From: a virus
Taxonomy: Duplodnaviria; Caudoviricetes
Strand: one strand, 5' to 3'
Length of the DNA stretch: 36,560 nucleotides
IMG/VR virus record: IMGVR_UViG_3300020426_000015
Coordinates: 1-36,560 of that record
Positions within the stretch are counted from its first letter, which is position 1. Each line of letters starts with the position of its first letter. Below, piece by piece: positions 1-6,369 of the stretch. Below the pieces are notes generated by a model that was not told the DNA's origin, searched no databases, and was given only the letters and a program-made list of their open reading frames with translations. The position numbers and the translations under genes are program-made.

Positions 1-594
1 ATATAAAGATTGTTCTGTTTGTGGAGTACCTAGAAAGGTAATTTTACCGTTAGGTTTTAGTATGGCATCAAATTCTTTTACAGCTTCACTTAACTTGTCT
101 CTCATAGGTTGAGTAAAGCTGTTATTTGGTACTTCCACATCATCAGCAATCACTTCATCTGCTCTACTACCTGCCATCTGTCCAAGAACACCCTGAGATT
201 TAACAGAAGGGGCATGATCAGCAGATGCAGGTCCAACATCAAAACTTATCTTTGAGTTTCTCTGAGAGTCTTCTGGACGCAGTGGAGCTAATATTGGCAT
301 CTCATTGATCAACCTCATGGTAAATGTAGAGAAGTTGTCTGCTCTGTCTTTACTTGCAGAGACAACAAGGAACTTCAGTTGTGGATTCATTCTTAGTTTC
401 CACACGACATAGGTAGAAGTTATCCAACTCTTACCCACCCCTCTAAAAGCCTGTATGATCTTTCTACGAGGTCCATGCTGTAAATACTCAGCAATGTCTA
501 ATTGAACTGGTGTGGGGTCAGGTAGGTTAAGATGCCGCCACGTTATGATTAGAAAGTATCTAAAGTCTTGTAATTTCTCAGGAAGCGGTTGCAT
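1..594 (-). CDS. terL: Terminase large subunit, N-terminal ATPase part (runs off the window start; not in the ORF track)
   Basis: Manual translation from ATG at 594: MQPLPEKLQDFRYFL...IIQAFRGVGKSW (Walker A)...GSRADEVIADDVE (Walker B)...FLGTPQTEQSLY, the T7 gp19 motifs. Open to base 1 (198 codons). Confidence 0.96.
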   Translation of the reverse strand, partial: MQPLPEKLQDFRYFLIITWRHLNLPDPTPVQLDIAEYLQHGPRRKIIQAFRGVGKSWITSTYVVWKLRMNPQLKFLVVSASKDRADNFSTFTMRLINEMPILAPLRPEDSQRNSKISFDVGPASADHAPSVKSQGVLGQMAGSRADEVIADDVEVPNNSFTQPMRDKLSEAVKEFDAILKPNGKITFLGTPQTEQSLY

Positions 595-1306
595 AGATAG
601 GTAATATTGTTTGTTCTGTTTTAAAAATATTATTTTTTATATCTTTGTCGTTGTTTTTTCTTTTGATTTTAAAAATATAAATATGTTTACCTGGTGTATT
701 AATATATTCTGCTTGTTTATTTTTAAGTGCTTCTTTAATTTTTAAAGCAAAAGGTTTAATTATTTTTTTATCATCAACTGATCTTATAGTCTTGTCGTGA
801 TATATTTTGTTTTCAAACTTTATAACTTTACCTTTAGATGTTAATCCTTGATAAATAAAATTACTTGCTTTATATATTGTTCCTTGATGATTATGAAAAG
901 GATCAGCGTAAGATACTATTGTTTTATATTTAGTAAATTTTTTTAAGAATTTTATAGTTTTACCAATAAAATAACTTTCTGTATTTTTTTTAGTTTTATC
1001 AATACAACATAATCTTTTTAATTCAATAACTTCTGATTCCTTAGATCCATATTTTTTCCATGTGTTTGCCATAGATAATGAACCATAAATAATTGAACCA
1101 ATTAATTCATTTTTATAAAACAAACCAAATACCAAAGAAACATTTAAACCGTTTACATTATTTGAATAATGCCATTTTTCAATAAAACTTTTTACTCTTT
1201 GAATACTTACAGGTTCAACTGTAAATTCCGTTACTTTTATATTTTGGCAATCTATATCTTTATTAAATGACAAAGATCCAATACTGGGCTGTATGTAACT
1301 TTGCAT
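578..1306 (-). CDS. mom: Mom-family (GNAT-fold) adenine-modification protein
   Basis: Motifs FIEKWHYS, FGLF...GSIIYG, ELKRL, NTESYFIG, IVSYADPFHNHQGTIYKASNF match Mu Mom-like proteins. Visibly more AT-rich than its neighbours. Confidence 0.8.
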   Translation of the reverse strand: MQSYIQPSIGSLSFNKDIDCQNIKVTEFTVEPVSIQRVKSFIEKWHYSNNVNGLNVSLVFGLFYKNELIGSIIYGSLSMANTWKKYGSKESEVIELKRLCCIDKTKKNTESYFIGKTIKFLKKFTKYKTIVSYADPFHNHQGTIYKASNFIYQGLTSKGKVIKFENKIYHDKTIRSVDDKKIIKPFALKIKEALKNKQAEYINTPGKHIYIFKIKRKNNDKDIKNNIFKTEQTILPIYATAS

Positions 1307-1315
1307 GTTATGAAA

Positions 1316-1543
1316 CTATCTTTCTAAAGCAGGTATTACATCAAGGTCTGGAAGGTTTGACATAAGATCTTCCATAGGACTCTTCTCTGTTGGGATACAT
1401 TCAATGCCATTATCTTTTAACAGTTGTCTTGCTACGTTAAGATCACCAGGTTTTGCTTCTCCACTTTTCACCTTGTCTAACAATTCTTGTATGAGAACTG
1501 TATGAAGGTGTTCTAATAATTCTAATTTATTTGCTTTTTCCAT
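1316..1543 (-). CDS. terS: Terminase small subunit (T7 gp18-like)
   Basis: LEHLH...LLDKVKSGEA...DLNVARQLLKDNGI pattern; 75 aa; upstream of terL. Confidence 0.88.
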   Translation of the reverse strand: MEKANKLELLEHLHTVLIQELLDKVKSGEAKPGDLNVARQLLKDNGIECIPTEKSPMEDLMSNLPDLDVIPALER

Positions 1544-1587
1544 AGTTAAAATGTTCTTGCAACCAATATACCTTGTTTTAGAAATTT

Positions 1588-1815
1588 ATGCCCAAGACAG
1601 CTACAGTCGGACAACGATTCAAAATTGATGATCGTGTCGTAAGAAATCATACGATTGGATACACAGGAGGTAAATATAAAAAGAACATAGGAACAGTTAT
1701 AGAAGCCCTTACAAGAGCTAATAAGCTAGGTGTTAATCAATATTATTATAAAGTTCTTTGGGATGATAGAAGGTCATCTGAACACGCTCAGCATAGTCTT
1801 AAACCTGTCGAGTAA
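1588..1815 (+). CDS. Hypothetical small SH3-like beta-barrel protein
   Basis: FKIDDRV...GTVIE...YYYKVLWDD...SL pattern typical of SH3/Tudor-like phage proteins. Opposite strand to most genes. Confidence 0.65.
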   Translation: MPKTATVGQRFKIDDRVVRNHTIGYTGGKYKKNIGTVIEALTRANKLGVNQYYYKVLWDDRRSSEHAQHSLKPVE

Positions 1816-2103
1816 GGTTTTTTTTGTTTTATATTTTTTCTTTTTAGTAGGTTTTATGTTTTTTGTCCTGTGATGTTCTGAAATTTCATAGCGTATGAGT
1901 TTTGTATTCATTTCTGAAATACGATCTATAGCAGCCATGATAAGAAAATCTTGTAGTTTGTTCTCTTTCATCAGTTCAAGACAGACTTCTCTTACAACAG
2001 CATCAGGCATCTGTTTTATTTCTCTTCTTCTAATTTCAATATCAAGTTCTATTTCAGTTGGTGTTTTACCAATAAGAACTTCATAAAATTCTTGATGATT
2101 CAT
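1774..2103 (-). CDS. Hypothetical helical protein, NblA-like candidate
   Basis: TPTEIELDIEIRRREIKQMPDAVVREVCLELMKEN has the helix-loop-helix spacing of NblA, followed by a basic C-terminal extension. Confidence 0.5.
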   Translation of the reverse strand: MNHQEFYEVLIGKTPTEIELDIEIRRREIKQMPDAVVREVCLELMKENKLQDFLIMAAIDRISEMNTKLIRYEISEHHRTKNIKPTKKKKYKTKKTLLDRFKTMLSVFR

Positions 2104-2153
2104 ACTTGTTTACTAGGTACTTTCCAATTATGTATATGTTTGCTAATTTTGAC

Positions 2154-2204
2154 TTGACTACCTCACACAGTCAATAAGCCCTATTACCTCCCTAATAGGG
2201 CTTT
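2154..2204 (+). ncRNA. Candidate Yfr1-like small RNA (two hairpins)
   Basis: TTGACT-ACCTCACAC-AGTCAA hairpin followed by AAGCCCTATTA-CCTCCC-TAATAGGGCTT. ACTACCTCACAC differs from the cyanobacterial Yfr1 motif ACTCCTCACAC by one inserted A. TG-C-TAATTT extended -10 at 2141-2149. Confidence 0.5.
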
Positions 2205-2218
2205 GCTATATAACTATT

Positions 2219-2623
2219 ATGGAAGAACAAAAAAAGAAAAACCCCATACAAAAAATAAAAGAGACTATTGAAGATAAGGAAGAACAATTAGCTTTTATAT
2301 CAGTGGTAGTCCGTTTAGTTGTAGTGGGCTGGAGTGGTTTTATAGTTTCCTTGAACTACATTACTATTCCTGGTTACAGTAACGAACCAAAAGACATTAC
2401 ATTCCCAGCTTCTCTTCTCACTGGAGCGTTAGCCAGCTTTGGCTTGGAGGGTGCTAAAAAACGTGGTGATGGTACATACAAACCTGATGAAAAACCTCTT
2501 AACAAAAAAGAAGTAGAAGAGTTACTAGCATCACAGTCTGGTGGTTATCAAACCGTTAGAATTGAGACACCGATTAAGATTATTGGTGCAGAAATTGTAG
2601 ACCCCGATTCTCCTAAAAAATGA
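2219..2623 (+). CDS. Two-TM membrane protein (possibly holin-like)
   Basis: Hydrophobic segments LAFISVVVRLVVVGWSGFIVSLNY and ITFPASLLTGALASFG; charged termini; ATGA overlap with the next gene. Confidence 0.75.
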   Translation: MEEQKKKNPIQKIKETIEDKEEQLAFISVVVRLVVVGWSGFIVSLNYITIPGYSNEPKDITFPASLLTGALASFGLEGAKKRGDGTYKPDEKPLNKKEVEELLASQSGGYQTVRIETPIKIIGAEIVDPDSPKK

Positions 2624-3147
2624 AAAAATTCTTACCTTTGATTTTACTGGCATTTCCAACAGCTAGTTTTGCAGACATCACTCATTCAATCCAATCAGTT
2701 GCGTCAGTCTCAACAGTCGCAGCTTCAGCAACAAGTGAGCGTATTGGATCCTCTATAAGTGTAGCTGGCACGAATGTAACACCAAAAGCTAATACAGTAG
2801 CAGGTCAGATAGGTTCTCTTGATTTAGCTGATAATGGAATAGCTAACGGAGTTCCTACTGTTGATTATGATACTAGCTTCAATGTAGTCAACACAGGTGA
2901 TGCTTTTTCGGCAAGCGAGACTTACATCCAAGCTGACGCTGTTCCAAGCTTGCTATCCGCCACAGTTACTAATGGGGCAGTTCCATCCTTACCTCTTTTA
3001 GGCAAGAACACAGTAGTTGCAGGTGGTGACCCTGGTTCTGTTGCTATCACGCTAGATAGTGGACAGGCATTAACTGTAAACCTATCTGATATGGGTGCTG
3101 GTACAACTGCAACGCTCCAATCAACAATCACTCTTGGCTTGGATTGA
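2620..3147 (+). CDS. Secreted Ser/Thr/Ala/Gly/Val-rich beta protein
   Basis: Signal peptide MKKFLPLILLAFPTASFA; mature part nearly devoid of basic residues. Confidence 0.85.
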   Translation: MKKFLPLILLAFPTASFADITHSIQSVASVSTVAASATSERIGSSISVAGTNVTPKANTVAGQIGSLDLADNGIANGVPTVDYDTSFNVVNTGDAFSASETYIQADAVPSLLSATVTNGAVPSLPLLGKNTVVAGGDPGSVAITLDSGQALTVNLSDMGAGTTATLQSTITLGLD

Positions 3148-3572
3148 TGAGATGGCTGTTGCTTTTGTTTATAGCTTTTCATAGTTCGTATGCACAGGCT
3201 ACCACTCCTAGGTTTAGTGCGAATCAGATGCAATCTACAAGCAAAAGTGTTTCTACTATCAATGAAACTATTGTCACTGAAAACTACAGGACAGGTTATT
3301 CATATTCAGTTCAAGGACATAATATTAAAGTCACAGAAGATTCTGTCATATCACCTGATGCCACATATACTACAAGTCAGAATACAGGAAAGGTTAGCTT
3401 TCAATGGGTGACACCAGACCTACCAACAAAACCACAGTGGGAGATAGTAACACCAGGGGATTCGTTCAGTCTGGTAGAAAACTTTCTCGCTCCAGGACTA
3501 GACGCAGTATCTATCATTACAAGAAATCAAACCATAGAAACTGTGCAAGACTCTGTAACGCTATTTCAATAG
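3144..3572 (+). CDS. Secreted Ser/Thr-rich beta protein
   Basis: Signal peptide MRWLLLLFIAFHSSYAQA; start overlaps the previous stop; ends VTLFQ. Confidence 0.85.
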   Translation: MMRWLLLLFIAFHSSYAQATTPRFSANQMQSTSKSVSTINETIVTENYRTGYSYSVQGHNIKVTEDSVISPDATYTTSQNTGKVSFQWVTPDLPTKPQWEIVTPGDSFSLVENFLAPGLDAVSIITRNQTIETVQDSVTLFQ

Positions 3573-4180
3573 CTTTATTATGTTCTACACCTGTACATGC
3601 AAACACCACCATTTCATCGCCCAGTTCCAGTAGTCAAGGCACAGTTATAAACAATGGCTATCAAACGATAAATGGAAACTTCCCAACTCATAGATTTTCA
3701 AACGGAATACAATGTCAGTTACCAACATTGGCTTTCACTCCTTTTGTTACTAAAGGGGAGGGTTTTAATACCCCAAGAATTACTACATCAAGAACCAACA
3801 TATATGATACTGCAACGGACAGCGATACAGGCCAGTTGCTTAACCCAGGGAAAATTCTATATGTCGCAGAACAGGAAAGAATAGATCAGACGAACCACAA
3901 CTTATCGTATGGAGCGACTATAAGCTTACAGGTTCCATTAGGTAAAAGGTTTAACAATGAATGTTTGAGGGCTGCACAAGCTTACAGAAAGACACAAGAG
4001 TTTATGTTAGAGGCAAAGCGTTTAGAGGTTAATCTCAATCGTGCCAAAGTTTGTGGAGCTATGTTGAGGGAAGGTATTAAGTTTGTAGGAGATGATGCTA
4101 TATCTTGTAGAAATATTGTTCTTACTACAATTCCAGATCAGATATTACCTCACACACACGAAATAAAGACAAAAAAATAA
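3404..4180 (+). CDS. Probable secreted Cys-containing envelope protein; true start uncertain
   Basis: Signal-like AISIALLCSTPVHA at about 3560-3601; amphipathic strand LSYGATISLQVPLG; four Cys in the mature part. No ATG/GTG/TTG close to the signal sequence. Confidence 0.75.
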   Translation: MGDTRPTNKTTVGDSNTRGFVQSGRKLSRSRTRRSIYHYKKSNHRNCARLCNAISIALLCSTPVHANTTISSPSSSSQGTVINNGYQTINGNFPTHRFSNGIQCQLPTLAFTPFVTKGEGFNTPRITTSRTNIYDTATDSDTGQLLNPGKILYVAEQERIDQTNHNLSYGATISLQVPLGKRFNNECLRAAQAYRKTQEFMLEAKRLEVNLNRAKVCGAMLREGIKFVGDDAISCRNIVLTTIPDQILPHTHEIKTKK

Positions 4181-4337
4181 GCAATCAAACGATCCAAACT
4201 TGCAGAGGTTTATTAAAAACATGTCGTGTGTGTTAGCACACTTTCTAGTAAGGGAAGATTGCTTAAAAACAACTGTCGACTAGGGTTTTTAATCCTAACG
4301 TCTTCTCATCATGGAGCAACCCATGAAACAGTTGTGT
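4171..4337 (-). ncRNA. Candidate structured non-coding RNA (two branched domains, U7 tail)
   Basis: Stems ACAACTGT/ACAGTTGT (4269-4276/4328-4335), TCATGG/CCATGA, GAC-TAGG/CCTA-GTC, TAAGCAATC/GATTGCTTA (4178-4186/4257-4265), GTGTG/CACAC; near-consensus promoter directly upstream. Confidence 0.6.
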
Positions 4338-4342
4338 TCTTT

Positions 4343-4370
4343 ATTATATACAAAATATCAACTAAGTCAA
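4343..4370 (-). promoter_or_regulatory. Host sigma70-type promoter
   Basis: TTGACT-N16-TATAAT on the minus strand, just downstream of a terminator. Confidence 0.75.
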
Positions 4371-4375
4371 TTCAT

Positions 4376-4410
4376 AAAAAAACCACCTAATAACCCAGAA
4401 AAAGGTGGTT
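4376..4410 (-). terminator. Intrinsic terminator
   Basis: AACCACCT...AGGTGGTT stem followed by a T-run on the minus strand, downstream of the 228-aa ORF. Confidence 0.65.
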
Positions 4411-4466
4411 GATGTGATTTATTTTTGAATCAAGCTTATCTTAACTAATAATATTTTATGGGCAAG

Positions 4467-5153
4467 TCAACGGCCCTTGTTATTCTTGCCCTTATTTAAT
4501 TTAGCAATTATTTTCTTAAATATTGTTTTACTTGCAGATTTCACGATAGGTAAAAGAAGTGGAGTACTGGCAGCAATGAAAGACACAGCAACAACATTAA
4601 GAGCAGCAGCAGGCGTTGGTAATACCGATTTAAGGAAAGTGACTTCTTCAAGGATTGGTATGCAATCATATCCATTATCTGCTCTTTTATATTCTTTTAT
4701 ACGTTCTGTTCTTAAATCTGATGTAAAACTTCCAACTGGTAATACTCTTGATAAGTCAGGACATGGTGGTGGTTCCTGTTCATCCTTATCGTCATCCTTT
4801 GGTGGCATAAATGCACCCTTCAGTTTTATGCCTGATGAATATTTTGATGAGCTTTCTGTTTCTATTGTGTCATTTGGATCGTAAACAATAGATCTGATCT
4901 TCTGTCTTTCTGCTTTTGGTGCAGTAGTTTTCTCTTCTTCAACAGGTGCAGTGGCAGTTATCGGTCCTTGAGGACAGGTTGCATATTGCTTACGGTTATA
5001 AAAAACTATAGTTGGATTTTGAGTTATCTTCAGATCTCTATCAACTAAATCACAGGCAGGTTGCACACCTGTTAAAACAAATTCAGTGACAAAAGGAACA
5101 GAAGGTATATCAACAGTTGGTATCGTTATCTTCGGTACTTTTATACTTGGCAC
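4467..5153 (-). CDS. Pro-rich, Cys-containing protein with C-terminal membrane anchor
   Basis: GTG start overlapping the upstream stop; IKVPKITIPTVDIP repeats; PPPCP; hydrophobic AAALNVVAVSFIAASTPLLLPIV then a Lys-rich tail. Confidence 0.8.
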   Translation of the reverse strand: MPSIKVPKITIPTVDIPSVPFVTEFVLTGVQPACDLVDRDLKITQNPTIVFYNRKQYATCPQGPITATAPVEEEKTTAPKAERQKIRSIVYDPNDTIETESSSKYSSGIKLKGAFMPPKDDDKDEQEPPPCPDLSRVLPVGSFTSDLRTERIKEYKRADNGYDCIPILEEVTFLKSVLPTPAAALNVVAVSFIAASTPLLLPIVKSASKTIFKKIIAKLNKGKNNKGR

Positions 5154-5368
5154 TAAAACTTAGGTATAGATATACCAGTGCTGCTAGGCATTGCTTTATC
5201 TAAAGCTTTTGGCATGAGTCCTGATACTTTACCCATAACCTTTTCCATCATCATCTTTTCAAACTGTGGGCTGGTTAAGTAACGATATCCTGCATATGCT
5301 CCACCTAAAGTTGAAATGCTAATAACAAACGATACGATAGATAAGATAGAAGAAATTTTATTTAACAT
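5153..5368 (-). CDS. Single-TM membrane protein (71 aa; start revised to 5368)
   Basis: MLNKISSILSIVSFVISISTLGGAYAGYRYL then an amphipathic Met-rich helix. Confidence 0.75.
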   Translation of the reverse strand: MLNKISSILSIVSFVISISTLGGAYAGYRYLTSPQFEKMMMEKVMGKVSGLMPKALDKAMPSSTGISIPKF

Positions 5369-5498
5369 GATTAGAGATGCATTTTTAAAGGCATTAGTGC
5401 CTGTTACCATTATAACCTTTGTGTCTGTAATGGCTATTGCACCTCTATATGTCACGTTAAGTATGATGACTAGAAGCTATACTTCAAGCCAACCTTAG
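5367..5498 (+). CDS. Small single-TM peptide (43 aa)
   Basis: MIRDAFLKALVPVTIITFVSVMAIAPLYVTLSMMTR; fills the gap between two minus-strand genes; ATG overlaps the ATG of the divergent gene. Confidence 0.55.
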   Translation: MIRDAFLKALVPVTIITFVSVMAIAPLYVTLSMMTRSYTSSQP

Positions 5499-5829
5499 TT
5501 CCGTATGTATTAACGTCATCTGTTACAACAGCGAACTCACCATAAGCATTTAACTTATCGCTAAGATCATATCCGCCACCAACTTTACCAGAAAGCTTAG
5601 TGTCAGAATCTCCTACAGAAGGATTGATGAAACTAGGACCACCTTGTAGGTAGAACGATCCATTCTCTCCAACAGTATTTTCGTAACCGATATGGAGGTC
5701 TATAACATTACCACCCCAGTCGGAGCCTACGTTTGTTTGATTAAATTCCGGGTTTAAATAGAAACCTGCATAAGCTGGAACGCTAAGTGCTACAGATGCA
5801 GCAGATAGTGTTAAAACTTTCTTTAGCAT
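5470..5829 (-). CDS. Small outer-membrane beta-barrel (porin/OMP-like) protein
   Basis: Signal peptide ending PAYA; alternating Gly/aromatic strands; C-terminal YGTKVGLKYSF is a BAM-type beta-signal ending in Phe. Confidence 0.85.
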   Translation of the reverse strand: MLKKVLTLSAASVALSVPAYAGFYLNPEFNQTNVGSDWGGNVIDLHIGYENTVGENGSFYLQGGPSFINPSVGDSDTKLSGKVGGGYDLSDKLNAYGEFAVVTDDVNTYGTKVGLKYSF

Positions 5830-5851
5830 AATTTTTAAAAATTAAAGTCTT

Positions 5852-5879
5852 ATATTAAGTGACCTCTAATTATTTACAA
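5852..5879 (-). promoter_or_regulatory. Possible sigma70-type promoter for the OMP gene
   Basis: TTGTAA-N16-TAATAT upstream of the ATG at 5829. Confidence 0.45.
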
Positions 5880-5909
5880 CTAGCAGTGTATAACTAAAAT
5901 ATTTGTCCT

Positions 5910-5945
5910 TTAGCTACTAGGTTCTGTAAGCCAAGCAATGTTATA
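5910..5945 (-). pseudogene. Remnant C-terminus of a tail-fibre assembly chaperone gene
   Basis: Startless frame YNIAWLTEPSS-stop resembles the (P)YNITWPTEPS ending of phage tail assembly chaperones. Confidence 0.5.
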
Positions 5946-6369
5946 CGTATTCTGACATGTCAGTATTTGGGGTTATAAATACAGGTTCTGATACGTCAAT
6001 TTCATTACTCTCAGACTCAAGATCACCTTCTTGTTTTATAATAGTGTTAACTTTAAAAAATTGCCCATAAATTTTTCTATATTCATTACTTTTTATCTTT
6101 AATTCTGTTGCACTAACTGGAATTACATTTTCGCCACTGTATTTACTAAAACAATTATAAGTTTTGTTTGAATCTGGATTAAGTATTTGCTCATCATTTA
6201 ATAATGTTGGATTAATTAACCATCCTGTTTCGTTTGAACCAGTTATTTCTTTAACAATTATCCAGTCAGTAGGGTTGTTTTGCATGCGAACAGAAAGTGC
6301 TGTTGCTGCATTTTGAGCTTCATCTTCTGAATTATATTCTTTGCCTACATAGTAATATTTGATTGACAT
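5941..6369 (-). CDS. Hypothetical acidic protein in the tail-fibre cassette
   Basis: 142-aa ORF coupled by TAATG to the adhesin gene; AT-rich. Confidence 0.75.
   Translation of the reverse strand: MSIKYYYVGKEYNSEDEAQNAATALSVRMQNNPTDWIIVKEITGSNETGWLINPTLLNDEQILNPDSNKTYNCFSKYSGENVIPVSATELKIKSNEYRKIYGQFFKVNTIIKQEGDLESESNEIDVSEPVFITPNTDMSEYV

Noticed and set aside
578-1306. Homing endonuclease or intron in the terminase locus
   Set aside because: No HNH or GIY-YIG motif; terS and terL are intact; motifs fit the Mom family.
4146-4158. Second TACCTCACACA copy matching the Yfr1-like motif
   Set aside because: Lies in coding sequence (L-P-H-T-H) with no flanking hairpin; probably coincidence.
4269-4335. 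Hammerhead ribozyme (plus strand has GUC, GAAAC and three stems)
   Set aside because: The CUGAUGA core is replaced by UUCUCAU, and the promoter points to the other strand.
1895-4884. ORFs 1895-2086, 2922-3233, 3190-3411, 3672-3884 and 4477-4884
   Set aside because: Antisense or off-frame to better supported genes; no motifs.
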